Below are positions 1 through 8,428 of a DNA stretch of 64,000 nt, piece after piece. Source of the DNA: a virus; the IMG/VR virus record IMGVR_UViG_3300021961_011210, positions 8,886 through 72,885 of that record; one strand, 5' to 3'. The notes under the pieces are model-generated. The model saw only the letters and a program-made list of their open reading frames with translations, did not search any database and was not told the origin of the DNA. The translations under genes and the position numbers were made by a program. How positions within the stretch are numbered: position 1 is the first letter of the stretch; every line of letters starts with the position of its first letter.

Positions 1-1
1 T

Positions 2-151
2 ACAGTTGATGTGGACAGTTCGGTTGGTTACCCAAATTGGAGTTTTGACGAGTTTGATTTAATTGAAGCTACTGTAAGTTTACCTGATTGGTTTACATTA
101 TCTACGCATGTATTAAAAGAAGTGAATGGCGTTTATACCCTGATTCTTTAA
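2..151 (+). CDS. 3' end of a hypothetical protein (partial)
   Basis: Open frame from the window edge, ...TVDVDSSVGYPNW...VYTLIL, ending TAA at 149-151. Confidence 0.6.
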   Translation, partial: TVDVDSSVGYPNWSFDEFDLIEATVSLPDWFTLSTHVLKEVNGVYTLIL

Positions 152-227
152 AATTTTTATAATTCTATATTTTAGATTTTTTTTTTGTATTTATTACTAA
201 AATTATTAAAATCTAACACATTTTTGT

Positions 228-542
228 ATGATAGAAGTCATAGAAATAGATGAACACTTTGTGAATCGTGATACAAATGTTATTGAAGTATCCTTTAGAT
301 GTTTAGAAGATGGGGACGATGAAGTCCGAAGAGATGTGATTGAATATAGTTACTATGTAGATTACGGATATGAAGAAAAAAGTTTTTCAGACAATTTAGA
401 CTACGAACCTGATGAATGGGACGATGATGAATTTGATCATTGGGATGATGAATATCTCGATGAAGAGAATCTAATTTCATTTCTTAACGAATACTATACA
501 GTTCACCCTCAAAAATTACCAAAGAAAGAATCAGATTTGTGA
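228..542 (+). CDS. Small acidic hypothetical protein
   Basis: 104 aa, about one third D/E; TATTTAT at 188-194 upstream. Confidence 0.75.
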   Translation: MIEVIEIDEHFVNRDTNVIEVSFRCLEDGDDEVRRDVIEYSYYVDYGYEEKSFSDNLDYEPDEWDDDEFDHWDDEYLDEENLISFLNEYYTVHPQKLPKKESDL

Positions 543-554
543 TATTTATCTTTT

Positions 555-1013
555 GTGGAGAACGTAAGAGATATCATTATTGGAATGCTTGGGAAAATTT
601 TCCTAACCAAAAAAACTATGCTTGGTTTGGACGAAAATAAAATAGTAATTGTTGTAAGTCCATCTCTAAAAATATATGTAATTTCAACATACCCAAAAAG
701 GTTAGAACAAAAATTACCATTTCATACTAATGAATTTTTGAATTTAGATAGTTTGAAAAAATGGGCAGACGATAATGGATATAAAGTAACCCACCAAGCC
801 ACTACACCCAAACTATCTCGTAAATTATTGACGTACTTTGGTGAACCTGTAGTGGAAGGTGACATTAGTCGAAATCAAAGTGAAAAACAAATCGTTTTGG
901 AGCAATTACAAAACTCACATTTACCTAAATCAATTCAGGAGTGGGCTCAACAAAATCCTGAAAAATTTATTGAGAATATAAAATTGATTCAGGAAATGTT
1001 GAAAAAAAATTAA
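555..1013 (+). CDS. Hypothetical protein (late class)
   Basis: 152 aa, GTG start 5 nt after TATTTAT (543-549); C-terminal ENIKLIQEMLKK helix. Confidence 0.75.
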   Translation: MENVRDIIIGMLGKIFLTKKTMLGLDENKIVIVVSPSLKIYVISTYPKRLEQKLPFHTNEFLNLDSLKKWADDNGYKVTHQATTPKLSRKLLTYFGEPVVEGDISRNQSEKQIVLEQLQNSHLPKSIQEWAQQNPEKFIENIKLIQEMLKKN

Positions 1014-1387
1014 TGATTTTTAAAAAGATACTCGAAGAGACTGAATCGGGTAAAATGATTACGAGCAGAAATCTTACAAAATAAATTTAAATACGCTACG
1101 ATAAAGTCATCAAACCTTTCTGATTCCGATTTGCTATAATAGTTCAACAATGACTCTTTTACAGATTTTTCTGAATCTGTTTTGACAGGAATTTCGGTAA
1201 GTGTAAAAATTGTTTTATATTCATCTGAATCATGATAACCCAAAAGTTGATTTTCAGGGTAACATAGAGAATCAGAAGTGTAGTAAATGTTCAAATCATC
1301 AATTGATTCCATATCTTTTACTTTTACAAGTCTTTTGGACTCTTTAACAATTGCGTAATCACCGATTTTGAATTTACTATTCATCAT
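1010..1387 (-). CDS. Hypothetical protein (host-promoter class)
   Basis: 125 aa, N-terminal KFKIGD motif; Bacteroidota-type promoter directly upstream. Confidence 0.7.
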   Translation of the reverse strand: MMNSKFKIGDYAIVKESKRLVKVKDMESIDDLNIYYTSDSLCYPENQLLGYHDSDEYKTIFTLTEIPVKTDSEKSVKESLLNYYSKSESERFDDFIVAYLNLFCKISARNHFTRFSLFEYLFKNH

Positions 1388-1391
1388 AATA

Positions 1392-1423
1392 CAAATATAT
1401 ATACAATTTTTGACTTACACAAA
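1392..1423 (-). promoter_or_regulatory. Bacteroidota sigma-A type promoter
   Basis: TTTG (1420-1423), 20-nt spacer, TATATTTG (1392-1399) on the minus strand; fits TTTG-N19-21-TAnnTTTG. Confidence 0.75.
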
Positions 1424-1446
1424 CTATTTATTACAAAAACCTTGTA

Positions 1447-1761
1447 GTGAAGCCACTTAACGAAGAAATTTTACGTCTGAAAGAAATTATGGGTATCGAA
1501 GATGATCCTAATGGTTCTGCATACAAAGGACTCGAAGGATATGATGATAGTTGTGATTGTTATCCCGAAGATGAAGAGGTTATAGATGGAGAAATAGAAG
1601 AACAAGGTGAAGAGGGAGGTAGTTCTGAACCGTCAGCACCATCGTCACCTACTATGTCAAAATGGGAAACAGGTGTTGTTAGAGGAAAAGGGAATCCAAT
1701 CGATCAGAATTCTAAGTGGGAGTCAGGAATAAATCGTGGTAAAGCCAATCCATTATGGTAA
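1447..1761 (+). CDS. Putative internal head protein
   Basis: N-terminal LNEEILRLKEIMG tag, acidic middle, two KWE(T/S)GxxRGKxNP repeats; TATTTAT at 1425-1431. Confidence 0.7.
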   Translation: MKPLNEEILRLKEIMGIEDDPNGSAYKGLEGYDDSCDCYPEDEEVIDGEIEEQGEEGGSSEPSAPSSPTMSKWETGVVRGKGNPIDQNSKWESGINRGKANPLW

Positions 1762-2708
1762 CTGAAAATTTGAATATAGAATTGAACAAATCATTACGTC
1801 TAATAAATTACAGACGTGATTTAATCTTGTCAGAGCAGGTTGTTGCTGATTACGATTTGGGTGGGAGAGAAATGATATCTAACCCTAACAGTGGTAGTAC
1901 CGGCACTTCGTACCAAGTTACGTGGGGACCAACGGAATTTCACCACTGGACTGACAGCCAAAAACCAACTGGAGGACCAGACATTCATGATGTTTTAGAT
2001 ATTATAGCAATTGGGGCTTTATTTGTTCCAGGAGGATTTCTTGTATCAATAGCAGCTGAACTAGCTAACGTTGGGATTTATGCCTACGAAGGAGATACGT
2101 GGGAAGTGGGTTTTAGATTAATATTTTTAGGATTACCTTTAGCTGCTTTGGTAAAAAAAATACCTGCAGTCAAACAATTAGGTGAGAAAGGAACAAAACT
2201 TTTTGTAGACAAAGTTTTAAGGGGCTCAAAGAATTTTTCTGAAGCAGAATGGAAAGTTTTACAAGAATTTAAGAAATTACCTAAAAATGAAATTTCACAT
2301 CTTACAAGACAAGCCGCAAGGTGGGGGTTAAGAAAATCATTTGTGAAATTATTCACAGAAACTTCAATTTACGGATTTGTCAGATTTATTCAACTTATGA
2401 GAAAGGCTTTTCCAAAAATATACCAAGGTACGACGGCAGTAGTTTTCTTGGGTGGGACATGGTGGACTTATGATCAATTGATGGCTAAATTTGGTATTTA
2501 CCCTCGAGGTGTGATGACTGAAAAACAGAAATCTACCGATGTAAGTCAAATGGAGCAAGATTTTGAGAAGTATAAACCTCAAATCATGACGGAAGAAGAG
2601 AATAAAATTCAGAAAGTCATGGAACAGGCAAATTCCGAGTCTGCACAACAACAAGCGGCAGATGCTTTAGAACAGTTAAAAAATAAAAGAAAAATAACAA
2701 CTAATTAA
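1755..2708 (+). CDS. Putative head-packaged protein with a pre-toxin-TG-like hydrophobic region
   Basis: HDVLD...P...ANVGIYAYEGD...LP pattern with hydrophobic helices; N-terminal tag ending ILSE. Confidence 0.6.
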   Translation: MVTENLNIELNKSLRLINYRRDLILSEQVVADYDLGGREMISNPNSGSTGTSYQVTWGPTEFHHWTDSQKPTGGPDIHDVLDIIAIGALFVPGGFLVSIAAELANVGIYAYEGDTWEVGFRLIFLGLPLAALVKKIPAVKQLGEKGTKLFVDKVLRGSKNFSEAEWKVLQEFKKLPKNEISHLTRQAARWGLRKSFVKLFTETSIYGFVRFIQLMRKAFPKIYQGTTAVVFLGGTWWTYDQLMAKFGIYPRGVMTEKQKSTDVSQMEQDFEKYKPQIMTEEENKIQKVMEQANSESAQQQAADALEQLKNKRKITTN

Positions 2709-2722
2709 AATATTTATTTGTT

Positions 2723-5611
2723 ATGAGAAATTTACAAGAAGAAAGGTTAAGAATCCAATCTTTAATAAACACAACTAACGGTAACTTAATTTCCGAAGGG
2801 GGTGGTTTAAGAGGTGCGGGATGGCAACTACTTAAAAAAGCGACGCAAGAATTGGGTGGTTTTACAGATGACCTTTTAAGAGCAACAGGACTTTCAAAAG
2901 AAAGTGAGCTCGTACAAAATATTGAAAGAAGTGCTATCAGGAATAGTGAAGGTAAGATTATAGGTGGTGGTGCTGACGATGCGTGGAGACGACTAGCTTC
3001 GGGTATGAATTATGAAGAATTTATGAGATATTCGATGCGTAACAACCTACTTGGAAATGTTTCTGACGCACAGAGACTTCTCATTGATGATTTACTTGAA
3101 AAACAAAGACTCGCAGGTGGTTCTTTATCTGACGATGTTATTGAACAAGCAGAAGCCGATTATATAGAATTTTTGAATCAACAGGATATATTCCGTAACA
3201 ACGACGAGTTACACCAACTCGCACAAAAAACGTTTAGAGAAGAAGCTGACAATGTACTTGTTAGATCGGGAGGCACCCTACCTGAGGTGGCGGCTTCTTC
3301 AAGAACAAGAAAAGAAATTTTAGATGACATTTTTAGAAAACCTATCTCAGAGGTAGCATCATTAACAAGAAGACAAATTAGGTTATTACAAAGAAAGGGA
3401 TTTGTCAAAGATTTTATTGAAAAGAACCTCAAGGTTTATTTCATGGACACCGCGGAAATACTTGAAAATTTACAATCACTTATCAAAACTTTACAGGATG
3501 ATGCTTTGAAAGCCGGATCAGAGCGAATGATTAAAAGCGAAAGAGACGACATTTATAAAGCGATAGATAATCAATTGGAGTTGCTGGCTAGAAAAAAGAA
3601 AGGTTTAGATATCGATCTTGAGGATTGGTTAAATAGGAATCTTGATACAAAAAATAAAGCAGAAAAGGCAATTTTGGATGAGTTTAATAAGTCTAAAGAT
3701 GCTATTAAATTTTCGGGAAATATAATTCAAAACACGGGGACTGGAATAAGACAAGCTTGGAATTCGTATTCGTCTATTACAAAAAGAACTTTTAATAATT
3801 TAAAGGGTTTAACCACCAGAGGTTCCCAAGTAAAGTCTGCGGGTGAAATTGTTTTGGGTGGGAATGAAAAAGACAGAGAATGGATTAGAAAAGTCACAAA
3901 CCTCTTTTACGGTTCAAGAAGGACACCTGCGGAATTAAGGCAAGTAGCAAAAGAACTCGGAGTAGCTCCTGCAATAATATCTTACGGGACAGAGGCGGTA
4001 TTACTCAGAGGTATTGAAATTGCAGTTCTAGTTGGTACTGGAAGGTTTATTAAAAACCTGATAGGAAGTGCAATGACAAATCCGTCAAGTTTTTGGCAGG
4101 GATGGGTTGAAGCCGATGAAGATGCGTCCGATTTTGAACTGGTAGTGAATGCTATAATGAATTGGGCTAGTCCGGTTGTGGACACGTTCAAACTGACAGG
4201 ATATCCGGGTATCGGTGACGACCTATTTAATTTTATGGCTTGGTTAGGTTCACTTAAAAGTGGGTGGGGTGCTACTGCCGAAGAAAAGGTTAATAAAACA
4301 ATTGAGGATGGTGAGGAAGAAATGCGAAGACTAGAGAGTCAGTACGGTACTTCTTCTGGATCGACAGAAACAAATATATCATCTTTGTCTGAAACTGATT
4401 TGAAAACGAAAATTGACACACAATTCAAAGATTATAGTCAAGAATTCTACCAAGATTTTCGTCCAACTATTGAAGAAATTAAAGATTCAATTACCAAACA
4501 GACCGACGGTAATTTTACATTCAAATATGATGGTGTTGTTTATGATATTTCGATCGATAACGACTTGATAAAATACAACGTACCAGAGTTACAAGGACAA
4601 AAGAAAAATATTGTATACTTTTTAGCGGGTGATGTTGAAGGAATTAAAGAATCCAAAAAAGTGAAAGGTTTAGCAAAGATTTTATTTTACGAACAAGAAC
4701 AAATTACAAATAACGAACAACCTTCAGCGGGTGATATTATCAAAAAGTATCAAGACACTTTTACCTTTAAAGATGTCGATGGTAATGAATTGAAAGTTAA
4801 TATTGCAGATGCGGAGTTACTATCTCTATGGGATAACGTAAAAAAAATGACGGATAAAAATGGTGAGTTTTTCCAAGATGATGATGCGTTTGTAAGAGCA
4901 GTTATTATGTATCTTATAGACAATGGAAAACCCGTTTATTCTGTAACGTACCGTCCGACAAGTGATATTAACATTGCATTGGACGAAAACAAAAAAGTTG
5001 TTGGACTTGCAATACTTTTGGAACAAACCTACGAAGTTACAATCTATGTCGACAGAATGCCAGGTTCGGGTAATTTCAGTTTAAAAGCAACTCCAGGAAG
5101 AAAACCTGAAGAAAGTATCCAATTGGGAACTGTAGATGTTGTAGATAAAGCACCTGAAAAACCAACAAAAGTAAAACCCAAAAAACCTGAAGAAGATTTA
5201 AAGGTTGATTTGAAAGCAAAACAACTTGAAAAAAGAGCGCAGGCAATCGAAAAAAGCCAAGGGAATCTATCGGATAAACTTGAACAGTTAATTGTTTTAG
5301 CAACAACTCCTGATAAATATGGTTACCCAAATTTGGGACCGTGTAAAAGTATTTTCAGATTTTATTACAAATTGGCAATTAAAAAAACAAAGTCAGATTT
5401 AATTTCCGATAATTTATTAGATAGTGCAGTAGATGCAATGTCTGAGTGTCAGGATAGATACAAAAATATTACACCAAAAATTGTTGAGTATCTCTCAAAT
5501 ACAATACCCGATGGTTCTGAATATAATCAGTTTAGATATAAAATTGATTTTGCCAGAAACAACCGACCTATCAAAACTTGGAGGGGTGGTATGATGAACA
5601 AACCACAATAA
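2723..5611 (+). CDS. Large helical putative internal/ejected virion protein
   Basis: 962 aa; N-terminal LQEERLRIQSLIN...LISE; central hydrophobic segments; TATTTAT at 2711-2717. Confidence 0.7.
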   Translation: MRNLQEERLRIQSLINTTNGNLISEGGGLRGAGWQLLKKATQELGGFTDDLLRATGLSKESELVQNIERSAIRNSEGKIIGGGADDAWRRLASGMNYEEFMRYSMRNNLLGNVSDAQRLLIDDLLEKQRLAGGSLSDDVIEQAEADYIEFLNQQDIFRNNDELHQLAQKTFREEADNVLVRSGGTLPEVAASSRTRKEILDDIFRKPISEVASLTRRQIRLLQRKGFVKDFIEKNLKVYFMDTAEILENLQSLIKTLQDDALKAGSERMIKSERDDIYKAIDNQLELLARKKKGLDIDLEDWLNRNLDTKNKAEKAILDEFNKSKDAIKFSGNIIQNTGTGIRQAWNSYSSITKRTFNNLKGLTTRGSQVKSAGEIVLGGNEKDREWIRKVTNLFYGSRRTPAELRQVAKELGVAPAIISYGTEAVLLRGIEIAVLVGTGRFIKNLIGSAMTNPSSFWQGWVEADEDASDFELVVNAIMNWASPVVDTFKLTGYPGIGDDLFNFMAWLGSLKSGWGATAEEKVNKTIEDGEEEMRRLESQYGTSSGSTETNISSLSETDLKTKIDTQFKDYSQEFYQDFRPTIEEIKDSITKQTDGNFTFKYDGVVYDISIDNDLIKYNVPELQGQKKNIVYFLAGDVEGIKESKKVKGLAKILFYEQEQITNNEQPSAGDIIKKYQDTFTFKDVDGNELKVNIADAELLSLWDNVKKMTDKNGEFFQDDDAFVRAVIMYLIDNGKPVYSVTYRPTSDINIALDENKKVVGLAILLEQTYEVTIYVDRMPGSGNFSLKATPGRKPEESIQLGTVDVVDKAPEKPTKVKPKKPEEDLKVDLKAKQLEKRAQAIEKSQGNLSDKLEQLIVLATTPDKYGYPNLGPCKSIFRFYYKLAIKKTKSDLISDNLLDSAVDAMSECQDRYKNITPKIVEYLSNTIPDGSEYNQFRYKIDFARNNRPIKTWRGGMMNKPQ

Positions 5612-5637
5612 AAAAAGGGGACGTTAGTCCCCTTTTT
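5612..5637. terminator. Bidirectional intrinsic terminator
   Basis: AAAAAGGGGAC-GTTA-GTCCCCTTTTT between the convergent CDS and tRNA. Confidence 0.85.
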
Positions 5638-5693
5638 CTTTGTACCTCGGGCCGGACTCGAACCGGCACGGACATCACTGTCCAAGGGATTTT

Positions 5694-6361
5694 CTTACCA
5701 CTATAGTTTTCACTACCATATAATGTTTGTAGTCTGGACTTTACCTCAACCATAGTTTTGCAACCTTAGGCCACTCCCGTCAAGTCTCTACACCTTCCCT
5801 TTCGGGCTTGGCTCGGGGTTACCATTTAAAAGGATTCTCCGAATTTGAGAGTGTGTGCACAATATCATTTCTGATATTTAGCTCCGATATTTTTTCCTCT
5901 GTATGTGTGAGTTTGTGAATGACAATTAGGACATATAATCCTCAAGTTTTCTATCTTGTGATTAGTCTTATTACCATCGATATGATCTAGTTCTAATGAC
6001 AATTCTTGTCCCAACCAACTATCAATACCACAAACTTCACAGTTTTTATTTTTTACACCTTCACTTATCAAACGTTTTCTCAATTTGTTCGTTTGGTAAG
6101 TCGGATGTTTACCTAATAAAATTTCATCCAAAGAGATTTTAGTTCCGTTCCCTTTTTTTTTCATACCTTTACCTGATTGGTTGGGTGCAAAAACTTCAAG
6201 AGTTTGTGAGTAACGTTTCAGTGTTTTGTAATTTATCCCTAAAATTCTTGCTGCGTCTGCCATAGAATTTGAATTTTTACAAACTTCACGTATTCTATTT
6301 ATGTCTATTTTCATATCCATAAATACCACACAAGTCAGAAAAAAATCATTTGTGTTTACCA
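5694..6361 (-). mobile_element. Group I intron (IC3, trnL-UAA type) with a homing endonuclease ORF in the P1 loop
   Basis: IGS GAG (5884-5882); P2 AAUAUCA-GAAA-UGAUAUU (5878-5861); P3 ACUCUC/GGGAGU; P AAAUUCGGAGAA; Q AACCCCGAGC; R GUGUAGAGACUUGACGG; S GGUAAAGUCC; terminal G at 5694. Confidence 0.92.
5865..6314 (-). CDS. Intron-encoded HNH homing endonuclease
   Basis: N-terminal HTH (SMADAARILGINYKTLKR), CEVCG...LELDHIDG...N...NLRIICPNCH. Likely ATG at 6314 (or 6320); the stop codon lies in intron P2. Confidence 0.88.
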   Translation of the reverse strand: MKIDINRIREVCKNSNSMADAARILGINYKTLKRYSQTLEVFAPNQSGKGMKKKGNGTKISLDEILLGKHPTYQTNKLRKRLISEGVKNKNCEVCGIDSWLGQELSLELDHIDGNKTNHKIENLRIICPNCHSQTHTYRGKNIGAKYQK

Positions 6362-6399
6362 AAGTCCCTCGTGGCTACCTTTACACCACCGAGGCAAAA

Positions 6400-6435
6400 T
6401 TTCAAAGAACAGATTATGTATCTTACTCAAAGATA
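6400..6435 (-). promoter_or_regulatory. Host-type -7 promoter element plus boxA-like antitermination element upstream of the tRNA
   Basis: TATCTTTG (6435-6428), then GTTCTTTGAAA (6410-6400) 4 nt before the tRNA. Confidence 0.65.
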
Positions 6436-6440
6436 CGAAA

Positions 6441-6941
6441 TTAATTTGTATAAAAAAACTCTTCAGAAAATTCTTTCCAAATTTTATCTACATGTTCGGA
6501 TATAACGACAGAAAAAATATTTGGTTGGTAAGGTTTCAATAATAATTTCATGCCCGCTTCTTCGGGTGTCCTATTATCTTTAATTCCATTACACCTTTTA
6601 CATGATGTTATCATATTCTCCCAAGTATTTTTACCACCTCTCGATTTAGGAATAACGTGGTCTATACTTAGATTTTTTGTGGATAGACAATACCCACATT
6701 GATGTCCATCACGAGCAAAAACTCTTTTTCGATTTACTCGTAAATTTTTCGGACGAAACCGCACGAAGTTGATTAATCGGATTATTAATGGACGAACAAA
6801 ATTACCAACATTTGTGACAATATCATTTTCACCCTTTTTAATGACTTCCGCCTTTCCTTTGTTTACTAAAATAAATCCACGTATAAGAGGTACGACGTTA
6901 AGTGGTGAGTAATCAGAATTTAATACTAAAACAGTATCCAT
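6441..6941 (-). CDS. Free-standing HNH endonuclease
   Basis: VLVLNSDYSP N-terminus; RDGHQCGYC...SIDHVIPKSRGG...WENMITSCKRCN..K. Confidence 0.88.
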   Translation of the reverse strand: MDTVLVLNSDYSPLNVVPLIRGFILVNKGKAEVIKKGENDIVTNVGNFVRPLIIRLINFVRFRPKNLRVNRKRVFARDGHQCGYCLSTKNLSIDHVIPKSRGGKNTWENMITSCKRCNGIKDNRTPEEAGMKLLLKPYQPNIFSVVISEHVDKIWKEFSEEFFYTN

Positions 6942-6989
6942 AAAATTTCATTATTTATAAAAATTAAAAAAAAATATCGTATCGTCAAA

Positions 6990-7463
6990 TTATAAATACA
7001 CCCTTTGTTTTTCTCCAACTAACTGTGCATACCATTTTTTTTGTTCATCCAACCAAATATAGGGATTTTCAGGATTTTCATTCCATCCGAATTGTGAGTA
7101 AAATTCTGGTTCTTTTCTGAGCAAGTTAGCTCGGTGTGAAGAGTGAAAAAGTTCATTACCAATCCAACTAGGGAGTTCAAAGTTTTCGGGCACATACTCG
7201 TATTTCATAGTATTTTTGAAACCACGAGAAACCCAAACATCAATAGAAGTATTGTAGTAATGTTTGAGAGCATCTACATATTCTCTCCACATCACAGAAC
7301 ATGGGTGATTAACCCATCCCTTGTATGGTTTTCCATCAAGTCGTTTGCGTCCCGTAATAGCGGAGATAATTTGATAAGATTCTACGCGTTGTTTACCCAA
7401 TCTTTTGTTATCGAGAGATTCTAAAGATTTTTGAATGTCAGGGTAGGGTAAAAAGGTTTGCAT
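6990..7463 (-). CDS. Pyrimidine-dimer DNA glycosylase-like protein (MSMEG_6728 / DenV-related family)
   Basis: MQTFLPY...LDNKRLGKQRVE...GWVNHP..VMW...HSSHRANLLRK.P..Y. Confidence 0.8.
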   Translation of the reverse strand: MQTFLPYPDIQKSLESLDNKRLGKQRVESYQIISAITGRKRLDGKPYKGWVNHPCSVMWREYVDALKHYYNTSIDVWVSRGFKNTMKYEYVPENFELPSWIGNELFHSSHRANLLRKEPEFYSQFGWNENPENPYIWLDEQKKWYAQLVGEKQRVYL

Positions 7464-7464
7464 A

Positions 7465-7896
7465 TTAATTATTGAATTTCAACATTACCGAACTGTAACC
7501 GTCCCATTGAGTGATTTGTTTTTTGGTAATCCAAAAATCAAACTCACCAACTTTGTCGATTGCTTGGGAAACTTTTTGTTTGTAATCTTGGACTTGAGAT
7601 TTGTCTTTTGGTTGTTTGACACCAATGTATTTTGAACACACAGGTCCGATACCCGACATTTGTGAAATTTCATCACGGAGGGTATGTGAGCAACAACGGC
7701 ATTTCGTGCCTGTTTTTTCTGTCATCTTAGCTTTGAGGTGTACACGATCACCATCGAGTTCAATTACTTCGGTAACGTCAAGGACAATGGGAAAAAAACG
7801 TGTCTGATACGTATTTTTGATTTTCAAACCAACTTTACGCGCAATTTTGATGGTTTCACCAACAACAGGAATTTCTAAGGTAACTTTTTTGCTCAT
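7465..7896 (-). CDS. Zn-finger protein, DUF6011-like
   Basis: CRCCSHTLRDEISQMSGIGPVC (CxxC..L.D..S...GIGP.C). Confidence 0.65.
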   Translation of the reverse strand: MSKKVTLEIPVVGETIKIARKVGLKIKNTYQTRFFPIVLDVTEVIELDGDRVHLKAKMTEKTGTKCRCCSHTLRDEISQMSGIGPVCSKYIGVKQPKDKSQVQDYKQKVSQAIDKVGEFDFWITKKQITQWDGYSSVMLKFNN

Positions 7897-7914
7897 CTTG
7901 TTTTTTTTCTTTTA

Positions 7915-7945
7915 CAAAGATACTAAAAATAAATTATATGGCAAA
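7915..7945 (-). promoter_or_regulatory. Bacteroidota sigma-A type promoter
   Basis: TTTG (7945-7942), 19-nt spacer, TATCTTTG (7922-7915). Confidence 0.75.
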
Positions 7946-8003
7946 AAAAATCCCTCCCAAATATCACGAGTTTCTTTCATTGCCTATAATGTATTTGGAA
8001 GGG
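7943..8003 (-). terminator. Terminator-like stem with a large structured loop downstream of the tmRNA
   Basis: 12-bp stem CCCUUCCAAAUA/UAUUUGGGAGGG followed by U8. Confidence 0.55.
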
Positions 8004-8021
8004 GGACGTACCTTAAAACGA

Positions 8022-8424
8022 TGGTGGAGGTGGCGGGAATCGAACCCGCGTCTTGCTCAGTCTAACCACAAAGGACTACATGCTTAGGACAAGGTTTTTC
8101 ATACCTTCCGAACTATCTGAGTTCTTACACCGCTCAGTGACGGCGACAGTCAAGTTGTAATTCGGGGTGACTATACCCCGTTTTGTTTCTTTTATGGTAG
8201 AAACCACACCGTAAGGACTTCTGTTCATAGGTTTAATGTCCATCGACCCGATTCGCTGTTGCGTCTTACGCTACAGTTACTTCTTCAGTACGTAGAAGAC
8301 CTACAGCCTGAAGTTTTGCGAAAGTTTCGCCATTTAAAAATTGCCTCCATAGATTTAAGTGATAGGAAACCTCTCACTGCATGCCCCGTATGACTAACCC
8401 TGCCAATCAATACCGGTCACCCCC
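8022..8424 (-). ncRNA. ssrA: tmRNA
   Basis: 5' GGGGGUG pairs with 3' CACCUCC-ACCA with a G3.U Ala identity pair; GGUUCGAUUCC T-loop; GCAUG/GCAUGUAG motifs; resume context UUAAAU-GGC; tag ORF 8331-8266 reads GETFAKLQAVGLLRTEEVTVA*; 403 nt. Confidence 0.95.
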
Positions 8425-8428
8425 ATAT

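Larger units (their letters stand above)
5643..6395 (-). tRNA. trnL: tRNA-Leu(UAA) interrupted by a group I intron after U34 (exons 6395-6362 and 5693-5643)
   Basis: Exon 1 GCCTCGGTGGTGTAAAGGTAGCCACGAGGGACTT plus exon 2 AAAATCCCTTGGACAGTGATGTCCGTGCCGGTTCGAGTCCGGCCCGAGGTA gives an acceptor stem, anticodon stem AGGGA/UCCCU with loop CUUAAAA, a long variable arm, GGTTCGAGTCC T-arm and discriminator A. CCA is not encoded. Confidence 0.93.

Noticed and set aside
6321-6362. TTG start of the HNH ORF at the splice junction
   Set aside because: It would begin inside the tRNA exon. ATG 6314 or 6320 next to the internal TATTTAT fits better.
8301-8350. GGAGG plus AUG mini-ORF inside the tmRNA
   Set aside because: GGAGG is part of pseudoknot 1, the AUG arises from the resume context AAAU-GGC, and the frame closes after 10 codons.
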